DNA from: Tricharina praecox
Lineage: Eukaryota
Assembly: GCF_024521635.1 (NCBI RefSeq)
Contig: NW_026250423.1
Coordinates: forward strand, 372,001-436,000
Direction: 5' to 3'
Length of the DNA: 64,000 nucleotides
In this document: positions 46,100-57,885 of the stretch, one piece after another
Layout of the letters: the number at the start of each line of letters is the position of its first letter
Numbering within the stretch: the first letter of the stretch is position 1
The notes under the pieces: model-generated
The model's input: the letters and a program-made list of their open reading frames with translations, nothing else
Told to the model about the DNA's origin: nothing
Databases searched by the model: none
Made by a program: the position numbers and the translations under genes

Positions 46100-47735
46100 G
46101 CAAATGCGTGGCTGGAGGGGTGGGTAGCAATTACGGCGGGCGAGTCCCAGCACGAGGAGCTCTATGGATTACTACTAGTCGTACATACTTGGATACTCTC
46201 GCAGCAGAGTCAAGACAGTTGGGCGTGTCAGTTCGGGGGTGGAGCTACTGTACTCTACTAGTACATGAATCAGAATGCGACGATATGTACGAATCGATAA
46301 TGCACGAAGCAGCGCATAGAGCGGCAAGCAGTAACCAACGGAGTCGTTTCCATAGTCTGTAGACACAATACCCATAGTGCAATACAGTCGCATAGCGTAG
46401 AGTGCACTATGCGCGGTGTATAGGTAGAGTAGGCAGAGTGCTTGGGCACCATAGCTCGCAGTTGCTCGGTGTATATAGCTCGCTGGGCGTCGGGACTTCC
46501 AACAGCGACCAGCATCCCCAATGTACCGAATCGGAGCGAATCCCACAACCAGGAACCAGCATTGCAAACAAGACCGCATCTACCGACCGCAGCTGTGCGA
46601 TGAGGTATCTGCCCACAAGTGAAGAAGTAGGTACGGCTACACAAGAGAAAACATGACCTGCATACCACTAGCAGCCAGCCAGCCCAGCGCGCAGCAGACA
46701 TGTGGACACGTGAAGACGGGTGCGCGGAAGAATGTCGGCGTGATGGCAGAATGTGTGTGTGACAGGTGTGGTGTGGATGTGGACTGTGGGGTCGTCGCAG
46801 ACTCGCAGACTCGCAGCACTGAACTATCCGAACGTCGTCGCGTGACGTTGGTTATCCCCCTGGACTGACGTTCCCCTGGCCTGCACGCTGTGGGTATATG
46901 TATGAAGGTACTCTGGGCGCGATCGGTCGACTTATCCAGCCAAAACTTCGACCGAGCAAGAAGTCACTGACTTGTCTCCATCCCAAATCCTCTCGATGAC
47001 GAAACACACGGCCAGCCTCTCCAACCTGTCTCCATCTAGGTCGCCCCCTCCACCCAGATAACCCGAGCACAGCATCCACTCAAGGTTGATGCAGCGGCAG
47101 ATCCATCTTCTCGAACTACGACAACCACCTACATCCTACGCACCTACACCCCCCTCGAACCAGCACGGATGAAATCGAAATTTTTGTCTATGCATCCATC
47201 TGGATGTGACTCGTCTGGTGTGCATGTCTGCATTCCAGGCAGATACCCGACGGACGCCGGCCACATGCAAGGAAATGAAAGAAACAGAGGGAAAAAAACG
47301 AAGGAAAGAAAAAAAAACCGGAGCATGTACACTCGACCACACGTTCGGTAGCCGGGCTTCACTCCATCGAGCACATCGGCACCAGCACCAGCACCAGCAT
47401 GAGCATGAGCATGTGCGCGCAAAAAAACCACCCCAACCCCACCCAACCACTCGACTCGACTCGAGACGCAGCAGCACGACATCCACTCTACGATGCGATC
47501 CCTCCTCTTCACGAGACCTCAAGCTGCGTGCGTGCGTGGTCGTGCAGCTGGCTCAAAGGAGAAACCGAAACCTGCGCTGCCTGTTCTCCTCCTCGCGCGC
47601 CTGAACCGCCGCCGCCGCAGCAGCACCACCGCCGGATCGCACCAGAAACATCAAACCCTCGCATGTGAAAGCGTAGGGAAGTATGTAGGCTGTGGGCTGT
47701 GGGGCAGTGGGCAGTGGGGAGCTCGAGTCAGCACC

Positions 47736-47821
47736 ATCTCTTCCCCCTCCCCCCTCCCTCCCCTCCCCCCTCCCTCCCCTCCCCCCCTCCCTCCCCTCCC
47801 CTCCGACCCCTCCCCCTCCCC
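47736..47821. repeat. Long C/T polypyrimidine tract
   Basis: About 85 nt almost entirely (CCCT/CCCCT)n. Nearby microsatellites: (CAGA)n 47940-47973, (GCACCA/GCATGA)n about 47379-47414, (ACGACT)n about 48457-48500. Confidence 0.85.
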
Positions 47822-47940
47822 AGGACACACACGACGGCGAAGTATGTGGTTACTCTACATACATACCGGTAGTGCCGCCCGAAAGGAGGCTAGGCAGCGT
47901 CAGCGTCAGCATCAGCATCGCCGTCACCGCGATCTGCTGC

Positions 47941-47973
<33 letters not shown>

Positions 47974-50655
47974 GGTCGCAGACTCGCACGCGGGGCCCGC
48001 TCACTGCCTCAGCTTTAACGAAGGTCACTACGGCACTCCGCAAAGAGCACGCTTGTGGCTTATGTAATGCATTACTCCGTTCCGTCGTGTAACCGGTGCC
48101 GCGACAGCGGACACCGAGCGGACAGCGAGCAGTGAGTGCGCAACACCCGCTGCCATCACGGACCCGGATCGATCCGTTTTTGGGGCTGTCCCAACGCACA
48201 TATCTTATCTTGTCTGCGCTGCGGCCGAACCGGAGGGCGAATCCGATCTCTACTATGCACAGTGACAGCAGGAGATGACGGGCCGTGTCGAAAATCGAAA
48301 AGACTGCGAACTCGGACGTTGCAGATATCGATTGCGTAGCCCTACCCAACCACCTAGCCGGGGTACCTAGCGGTGGCCCATGGGATCGTCTCCTACATAC
48401 CTACGTCGCCAGGGCGGACGAGCGAACGAGCCGTGCTGCGTTCGATAAGCTGATTTCGACTACGACTACGACTACGGCCACGGCCACGACTACGACTACG
48501 GACGATATCGACAGCAGGCACATACCAACATCCTACATACCTAGAAAAAGATGAGGCGGTGTCTCCGTGAGGCACGGAGAAGGCGACAGGTTGACCAGTG
48601 ACCACGTTGTCCCCCTAGAATGCGAACACGTTCGAGATTGTAAGGGAGCGCTGGCTGGCTTGTGGATTCCACGACGAGTGTACATTGTACATACCGTTAG
48701 GTGGGTAATGTGGAGTCCGCTCTATGGCTGGCCCTCCAGCGATGCTCGGCTTGGCCCAAATATGGTACAGTGGCACAGTGGTAGGAGCGTAGCAAGGTAA
48801 GAAGTACTTATCGGGACCTGGCATGTGCGCCTAGTTATCTCTGGGTGGTTGGTAGGTGCCAAACATTTATCGTTTACGGTACACCTCCAGCAAAGGTTTC
48901 TCTTCTCGTCGACGTCGTTGGAAATTTGTGCGTCAGAGCCAACCTGATAACCTGAGACCCTGTAACCCGGGGACTATTTTCCGGTCCGACTTCGCTTGTG
49001 GATGATGGACATCGCCTTGATGTTGTATGGTACCTTCGGATAACCAAGTATAGTATGGACCCACGTCTTATCTCGATAAGGTCCATGCATGACGCATCAC
49101 TCGCAGGTATTCACCACGGCGAAAAACGACAATCGCTAAGAAACGGGAAATGTAACAAGTACCGCATGGGCAGGACCAGGATTTCGGACTTGCCATGCAG
49201 TACGAATAAACGAAAAACAAAAGCGAAAAAAGCAACGCAAAATGCGGGTATGCCATGTTCTTGATATATAGGTCGAATGCATAATGAATTATGATGAAAC
49301 CGAAAAAGAAAAGAAGAAAAGAAGGAAAAAAAGTACAACGGGAGATGGCCCACGGGGGGTCTCGAGTTTCAATTATGCATACATCCTACGCACCGACCAT
49401 ATTACTCTTCTATTCCGGATTGCGAATAAGTTATAACCAAGTTGCTCATTCACCCGGCGAAGGATACCGGTACCCAGCCGTCCTCGCAAAATATCCAGAG
49501 CCATACGATCTGGAACCCGAGCTGGCTGGCCCCTGCCGCGGCCATTGCGTCCTCGGGGAGTAACCGTATAGTTGTCGTGAACAGGTCTTTCATACGAATG
49601 AAACCACGAATCACTGAAGCGACGACTCGAATCGGAGCTGCCAGTCTAAAGATTGTGACCAGCAGCTACTTACCTAGGTCGGAAGCCACTGAAGAGTGCG
49701 AAATATCCTCATCCAGCTTATGTCGTTTCCCACAGATGGCGGACTAAACGGCTTTGTGGTGGAGTGATGGAGGAGCTGTCGGCGAGAGAAGGAAGTGAAA
49801 GAGGACTCCTGTCGGCAGGAGAAAACGAATGTGCATTGTGGTTAGTAGTGCGCATCAATGGTGGTTGGCATGGCGAGGTTTCTTCTCCTTCTTCTTCTTC
49901 TTCTTTCTTGATCATCACCTATCGAATAGACGGCCAACCCCCCATCTCCGCTCTCTTCTCGATGTGCTGTGTGCTTTCTTTCTCGTCAGGCCTGGAGAGG
50001 CATTGGCTACTGGTAAAGAGCCCTCGCAAAAGCGTGTCTTCGTAATCCATAACCCATTTGTCTGTATGATTGTGTGATAGCAAGGAAACGAAGCCCCTGC
50101 CTAGTACCTGCGTATCCTCAGCTAGTATTCCAGACACAAGTCCAAGGTGGGGGAAATTCAGGAAGCCGCCGCCGCTCCTGCTGCTGGTTTCGCCCTGAGC
50201 GTAATTCCCGCTGAGGGGGCTCAGGGAGGAGATGTTTACTCCGTCATGGTAGGGAACCTTCTAGAAAGCTTTGTGCAATCGGTGGAAAGATGTGATCAGA
50301 TGTCCGGACGGCGCAACTTGCAGGCGGCAATTATCGCCGCCCGGTGGGGTTGAATACCGGTAGCCCCGCGAGGCTACTACTAGGTACTAGACCTGCGCTC
50401 ACCATCTGCGATTAAAACTCGCCCGCATCAGATAGGTCTCAAGCTTAGCCGCTGGGGCACGGAACAAACACGCCTACCTATAAAACCCCACGCCCACCAC
50501 CCACCCACTTCTCTTCTTCTTCTTCTCCTCTTCACCTATTCATCTCTTCTTCTCTTCACCACAAACATCTCTTCCTCTCTTCCTCTCTTCACCACAAACA
50601 TCTCACATTCCCACATTCACGCAACTCTCTGCGCCAACTCCAACGCCACATTCGA

Positions 50656-51534
50656 ATGTCGAACTTCCACGAGTCCACCATCTCAAGTGAGTAAGTATAC
50701 CTAGTAGAGTAGATCCGGCTTATCACACATCCTCACTCGCGATCCGCGAATAACGAACGAATGCCAACACGATAGGCAACCACCAGAGATGCCTGGCTTC
50801 GCCGTAGTCTAGATAGGCTTCATGCGAAATAAACTGAAGATCTCTCTCAGAGATTCTCTCAGAGATTCTCAGAGATTCCCGGCCACAACTACAACCTGCG
50901 CAAGCGCAAGCGCACCCCGTGTGCGCTGCCGCCGCCGCAAGGCCACCAAGGTAGGGCCAACCCAACACAACCCATACACCTATCCCACGCACGGGCATCT
51001 GACATGGTGCCCGCAGACCTCCAAGTCCGCGCGCGCCCCGAAGGGCCGAAGACCTACGCCTACGCCCTCAAGCCCAGCACAGCACCATGGTGCGGCTCGG
51101 CCCCCCCCCCCCCCCCCGAGATGGGGAGAAGCGGGCACACCGCGCTCGTCGAGGGTGCGCGCTTCTACCGCCTGCCTGGCGGCAAGAAGCGCGCCCCGAG
51201 CGCCGTGGTGGCTGTGGGCATTACCGTGCCTGCTGGGGCCGACGTCCAGTGGCCGGTGGAGCTGGACTTCGAGGAGATGGACTTGGAGGCGGTCAGGGGG
51301 GAGGAGCAGGAGAGCCAGGCGGAGGCGCAAGAGGGGGAGGCGCAGCGGGAGGAGGAGGAGAAGGAAGAAGATGAGCAGCAGGATCAAGACGAGGAGCAGG
51401 ATCAAGAGCAGGAGCAGGATCAAGAGCAGGAGCAGGATCAAGAGCAGGAGCAGGATCAAGAGCAGAACGAAGAAGACAAGGAGGAAATGGAACAAGACAA
51501 GGAGGAGATGCAGGAGGAGGATGAGGAAGACTAA
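50656..51534 (+). CDS. Orphan protein with a basic NLS-like motif and an acidic (EQDQEQ)n tail
   Basis: TATAAAA at about 50479, CT-rich leader, ATG at 50656, donor GTGAGT at 50687. Downstream frame GHNYNLRKRKR...; probable in-frame intron at about 50951-51016; 18-nt repeats encode the acidic tail. Exon structure uncertain. Confidence 0.5.
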
Positions 51535-51797
51535 GGGCCTTCTCGGTTGTTAGCTGCGTTTTGTATACCATAGAAAATTGAAATACAGTTTGAAAACCTC
51601 AGTTTCCGAGCGCTGGGTGACCACTCGGTATATAGATGAATCATCTCCAGCAACAAGTTCCGTTCAGAGAGTGTCTATCTAGATAGATATAGGTAGACGT
51701 AGATGAAAGCGGGGAAGCAGGTAGCGGGTAGAAATATACATGATATAAATGTTACTGGATTTCACAGAAGTGAGCCCATCTAGGTAGGCTATGGGCT

Positions 51798-51874
51798 GGC
51801 TACCGAGCACACTGGGTAGAACATGACAACCGGCTACCGAGCACACTGGGTAGAACATGACAACCGGCTACCGA
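51798..51874. repeat. 34-bp direct tandem duplication
   Basis: GGCTACCGAGCACACTGGGTAGAACATGACAACC twice, plus a partial third copy. Confidence 0.92.
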
Positions 51875-52355
51875 TGGTATTGCTGCGAGTCTGTTGCTGG
51901 ATAGTGCTGAATTGACTGGACGTGCCGTGCTGACGGGTTTCTCCTGTGCCGCAGACTCGCAGTCTGCGATCTATCGGTTGGCTGGTTGGCTTGGCTCACT
52001 GTTCGAGCAGCAACAATTTGACCGCCGTGCAAGTCCTTCTTTGTCCGGTGCGATAGATAGTTATCAGCTAAAGTCTCTAGAGTCCATGGAATAAAAGAAG
52101 AATATTTCGCCTTCTTGTTGTTGTGTTTTTCGTGCGTACTCACGATATGCACTCGTACATAGTTGAATTGTAGTGAGTACATACGCACGGACCCCCAACC
52201 CGCTAATTCTCGCGTACGTTAGGGTGCATAACCACACAGAGCGGTGGACCCCCGCCGCCGCACCATGTGGACGCGTTCCGTCTCCCTCCCATCACGTTAC
52301 AAACAACCAACGCACACTCCGTACGACGGCCGTGAATTGATTTTTTCTTTGCGAG

Positions 52356-53507
52356 ATGAACACGACTTCGTCCCCACTCGCGTTCGAGTTCAACTCCGAC
52401 TCGGAATTGCGCTCCGTCACGCCCTCGGCCCAGCTACTCAACGACGTCGCAATGTCGGCTAGCAAGCCGAAACCCAGACGTCCACCAACGACCACTGCCA
52501 CGGCCACCATCACCATCCACGACACTGACGGCTCAGGAATAGAAAAAGACGAAGAGCTATCAATGCCACCGCCTAAAAGAAAGCGCGACCGCCCCTCGCA
52601 TGCGGAGGCTGCTGCACGTGCGTCGTCGGACCACGCGGTGCAGACGCGGAAGTCGTCCAAGGTCCGGGGCGTCGATGTGTACGACCTCCCAAGCGGCGAC
52701 GAGGCGAGTCCTCCCAAGAAGCGGCGGATGGTGAAGCCGAAACAAGCTGCGGCCAAGAAGGGCGCGAAGAGGGGAAGCGGGAGCGGGAGCGGGGTGGCGA
52801 GCAAGCTGAAGGAGGCGAAAGGCAAGGGGACTTTGAGATCGCGGGCTGAGGAGGCACAGAACTCGGCGGCGCAGAAGGCGCCGGCGGATAGAGAGGAGGA
52901 AGAGGAAGAGGAAGAGGAAGAGGAAGAGGAAATTGGAAGAAAATGGAAGAAGGCGACGAAGGGGAAGAGAATTGCTGTGGCACACAGCGAGACATTGCGG
53001 TCCGGGCAGGCAAAGAATTCAACGGCGCTTCCTCCTAGTGAGAATGTGGCGGCTCAGGAGGGCGGGCCTTCCGATCCTCCCCATCCCTCGGCAAAGAGAG
53101 GGCGCGGAAGGCCACCGGGAAAAGGGAAGGGGAAGGGGAAGGAGGCGGCGGCGAAGAAGGTGACGGGCGAAGAAATGGAGCCGGTGGTTCGGGGCAAAGG
53201 GGACGAAGATGCCGGTAATGCGATACCTGCTGCGCAAGAAACACCAGAGCCAGTGGCGGGCGTTCAGTCGAAAACACCTGCCAGACAGAAGCGAAGACAA
53301 TCCAGTGTTTCGGTAGTCATTTTCAGCGGCAAGAGTAACGCGGATGATAAGGCTGACAGGAGGGAGAGCGATATGGATGATGTGCTCAATGGACTCTTTG
53401 GTGCTAGGGGAGGTTCTCGCCGAGAAAATTCACCGCCGCCGAGTATTCCTAAGAAATCGACAAAGCCATCGGCGAAGTCGCGGCCAACCGAAGAAGATGA
53501 AGAAGAG

Positions 53508-53542
<35 letters not shown>

Positions 53543-55127
53543 GGAAGAAAAGGAGGAAGAAGAGGAGGAAGAAGAGGGGGAGGAAGAAGAGGAGGAAGAA
53601 GAAGAGGAAGAAGAGGAAGAAGAAGCGGGCGACGAAGCCAACAGGGAAGGTATTACGAGCCACCCACTCAAACTATCGAAAAACTTGAAGCCTCCGTCGA
53701 AACTGCCGCCAACTGCAGAGAAAACGGATAGTAAAGGGAGCTCGAAAGGCAAGACTTTAGCTAAGCCACCACCGCCGCCGCCACCGCCAGAAGTAGCTAC
53801 CGAGGAAGATCTAGAAGGTCAGGAGACTACTCTGGTTGGTGAAGAGGAGCCGGAGGATGAAGGAGGGTGGGAGGATCCCAGCGAAGACGAAGATAGTGAT
53901 GCACACTCTTCACCCCCACAGAAAGCGCCTCGCAAGAACTGCCGCAACTCCGCTAAGACGTCCCATGCCGCAGCCAAGGAATACGAAGAGCATCTACAAT
54001 CCGAAGGAGCTGATGGGCTACTGGACGAATTCCCCGACCCACTGGAGCGTCTCAGAGAACTGGAAAAGCACCTCGAAGCCGAGCGGAATCTCATCGACGA
54101 GTACATCACTCGCTCCTCGGGCTTAAACACTCTTTCGCGAGTATCCAAGGAAGGTTATCTTACACAAATCGACAATATCATTACCGACCTTTGTGCCGGG
54201 AAAACCAAAAACAAAGATGCCACGCTGGAGTATCTCGACAAGACACTAAAGGTGATGCGGGAGGTGCAGATGGCCGATGAGAATTTCATAGCGGAGATGC
54301 TCACCCGCCAGTCTGCCCGGTCAAAGGGCCAGACTGCGTGCATTGAGGTCATCGAAAAGGCTTTCAAAAGTATGCAATACAAATCCATGGAAAAGGCGAA
54401 AGAGCGGCGAACCACCAAAGCCCAGATACGCAAGTACGCCTTGGAGAGAGAGAAATTCGAGGAAGAGATGAGTCACAGAGAGGCCCAGAAACGGGCCCAG
54501 AGACAAACCGAGAGGTACTATGCGGCGGTGCGAGCAAGACGGGAGGAGATAGAAGATGTCAAACAGCAGAAGGCGAGCAGACTCCCCAGCGCCCAAATTC
54601 CGACTCGGCGGACTACAACTTCCAGCTTTCCCGTCCCAGGCCGGCGGACAGCAGCTTTCAACGTTCAGGCTGAGAACCGACGAACAACGGCGCCCAGCCC
54701 TCTCGTTCCAAGTCGGCGAACAACGGCCACCAACCTCCAAGAGCCGGGTCGCCGCACAATCGCCTCCAAGCTCCAAGTTTCGGGCCGCCGGACAACTGCC
54801 TCCACCACCCGCACCTCGGCGGCTTCCACGGTAGCGGCCGCTTGGGCGGAGGTCGATGAAGGAGAGGATCACTACGACGCTCCCGCTCCCGCTCCTGCTC
54901 CTGCCCCGTTTGTCAAAGAGAGACCGTGGACCGAAAAGGAGCTCGGTGCCATCATCGATGGGGTGGACGAGCACAGGGGTAAAGACAGGTGGCACGAGAT
55001 ACTGCTCGACAATCAGCAGGTCTTGAAGCATCGCACTGCGGAGGATTGTCGGAAGCGTGCAATTGAGATAAGGACCGTTCTCCTGGGGAAGGGGGTTAAG
55101 CTGGGGACTAGATGGGAGGGGTTCTGA
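52356..55127 (+). CDS. Large disordered nuclear protein with an AT-hook, poly-Glu tracts and a C-terminal Myb/SANT domain
   Basis: 923-aa single-exon ORF. KRGRGRPPGK (AT-hook), long E runs, and C-terminal RPWTEKELGAIIDGVDEHRGKDRWHEIL..LKHRTAEDCRKRA. Confidence 0.8.
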
Positions 55128-56087
55128 GTTCCGAGGGGATTTGTTTTGGAGTTGGGTTGGCGCTTGGCAGTTTTTCAGTCGTGTTCGATGATACCTTGAT
55201 ACCAAGTGAGGGAACTTTGGATGAATACTGTTTGTAATTCTTTTTCGATTGGGGGATTTGATGTAGGTGGTAGTGACAACAATGGTTAGAACAACGTGAC
55301 ATCCGGCCCGAAGAACCAGTCAAAAACAACAAATGGACTAGCTGGCAAAAGGATGAGTGACCCCGACGTGATTTGAACACGCAGCCTTCAGGTCTGGAAT
55401 CTGACGCGCTACCGTTGCGCCACGGAGTCGTGATTCTTGGTGGCGTAAACAACCCATTTCGGGGATCATCACTGCATTCGATTGGAAACAAGAAGATTCC
55501 TGGTGAGGTATGTACTAGGTAGAGCTGCGGGCTCTTCATTGGTAAAGTACAGCATGCTAGGCAGTGCATTGTGACCTCAATTAAAATCACTCATTCCTGG
55601 AACTAGTTCGAAAAGGAGAACTTTTGCGGACCGATTTTTGGTTCGAATTCTCACAGTGGTAGTTGCTGTTTGTTCTCATAATAATAGGGCGATCTCGCTC
55701 GCAATGTCAAGGAGTGTAAAGATCGGGAATCCTTTGACTACCGGGGGTGTTCCCAGTAACTACAGCTCCACGACCAAAAAATTCCATCGGTCTGCGATTC
55801 CGCGCGCTTCTGTGCGCATCAGGCCCAATGGAATCTGTATAGCTCTATTGTGACTGACCGGAGGACTCGGCCACCAGTTTTCCGGTGAAGTGAGCGTTCT
55901 CCCAAAGTCGCGGAACATTTGCGCCGAGGAAGAAGAAGATGGTGACGGAAAGCTGCCGTAACTGTTAGTGCCGTCGGGAACTGCCGAAGAATGGACGCAG
56001 CAGTGGCCCAGTGCGTGATAGCTAAATCCACCTCCAGCACCACCCCACCACCGCGCATTCATTCATCGAGATCTTTACATATATCGG

Positions 56088-57269
56088 ATGCTCTCCCGAC
56101 TCTCGCAAGTTACCCACCACCTAGTCCGCCGCCCCTCAATCTCCAGCCTCCGCACGATGTCAGACCCATTCAACAAGTCTATCCGGACCGCGGCGTGTCT
56201 CATTATCGGTGATGAGGTGTTGAACGGCAAGGTGTGTGGTGGTGGGGAGGAGGGGGAAATGGCAGTGGGCTGACGAGGCGAGAGGAATAGACGGTCGACA
56301 CGAACTCCGCGTACTTCGCCAAGTACTGTTTCGACCTCGGCATCGAGCTGAAGCGCATTGAGGTTATCTCCGACGAGGAGAGCGAAATCGTCGAAGCCGC
56401 GCGCCGGATGTCGGCAAACTACGATTTCGTCGTCACGTCGGGCGGAATAGGGCCGGTTGGTTTTTCATTCCCGAGGTTGAGTCGGGGTGAGGGTGGGGGA
56501 GTGGGGCTGATTGACGAGGGAACGGTAGACGCACGATGATATTACCTACCCCGCACTCGCGGCGGCTTTCGATTCCCCGCTGGAGCTGCACAAGGAGACC
56601 GCGGAGCGCATGCGGAGGATAGTTAAGGCTAGACCTAACGCCCCGCCGTACGATTGGGATACGCCCTCGGCTACCCTGACGGCGCGGATGCGCATGGCCA
56701 TGTTGCCGTCCGGACCGAAGACGAAGGTGATCTATGTTGCGGAGGACCTGTGGGTTCCCATTGCGGTAGTGAACCATAATGTCCACGTTCTCCCGGGCAT
56801 CCCGAGGATCTTTGTACAGATGCTGGAGGGACTGAAGAGTGTGCTCTTGGAGGATAAAAGGATTGATCAGGAGTTGAAGGCGACGCGTGTGCTGATCTCG
56901 ACGCCATTGGTGGAGAGTGACATCGCAGAATTCTTGACTAAGCTGCAGGAGAGGGTTGCGGCGAAAGGGGTGAAAGTGGGGAGCTATCCGAGATGGGGAC
57001 AAAAATGGAATACCATCACGCTGGTGGGCACCGATAAGGAGTTTGTAGAGAGTTTGGTTGAGGAAGTGGAGAGGCAGACGAAGGGGAAGAGGGTCGCTGA
57101 TGAGGGGGAGATGGATGAGCCAACCGAGACTCAAACGGCCGAGGCAGAGGCGAATACAGAGGCGAGACACCAGGGCGGAAGCGAGGTGAAGGAGAAGCAG
57201 GTTCCTGCTCCGGCACCTGAACAGGCAGAATTGACGCACGGAATTAAGGACTTGAAGATTGACGGATAA
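56088..57269 (+). CDS. Molybdopterin-binding (CinA-like) domain protein, FAD diphosphatase Fpy1/YMR178W-like
   Basis: Exons 56088-56231, 56291-56455, 56529-57269. Motifs [54 protein letters not shown]. Confidence 0.88.
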
Positions 57270-57885
57270 TGTGTGTAATGTTTAAAGGTTATACATAGCG
57301 GGGGTCTCAGGAGTCGGTCATACATGGGGTATTCTTGCCATAGCAGCAGCTGTACTAGCTTGCGTCGAGTACGTGAGCTGAAGCAAATCTGTCCGAGCTC
57401 CCAATCATTACACGGGTCTAGAACCATCACATCTACCACTGTGTTGTACATTTTCTGCATAATGACCGACGTGTGGGCACAACCGGGTGATCTACAGTAC
57501 ATGACTACGGCTTCCTGCATACGATCTTGAGCTTTTAGTGGTTGGGCCCGGAGTGACAGCTGCCACAAAACCAACTTCATAATCAGTTATTGATTGGCCT
57601 GAAGTTCCACAGCTGGAGATCTAAACTTGGCGGGACGTAATCGGCCGGGAAATCGACGCCGATAGTCTATTATAATCCTGTCAACATGTTCAACAGAGTT
57701 TCGTCCGCGACTACTTGTTGAGTCGGCGCCCTAGGGGCAAAGGTATAACCATTATGTTTTAATGACAGATATTAGGTACGGTTCGGCGCTCCAGCACCAT
57801 AGAAAGCAGATGGATCCAAATCAAAAAGACAAAAAAAAACAAGTAGCCATCGTCTCCCGAGCTCTCTCACGGGTTGAAGCGGAGC

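Noticed and set aside
55567..55660. tRNA-like fragment (CATTGTGA...GGTTCGAATTCTCACAGTG)
   Set aside because: The T-loop-like motif and end pairing are present, but the T-stem is broken and there is no D-arm/A-box or anticodon arm.
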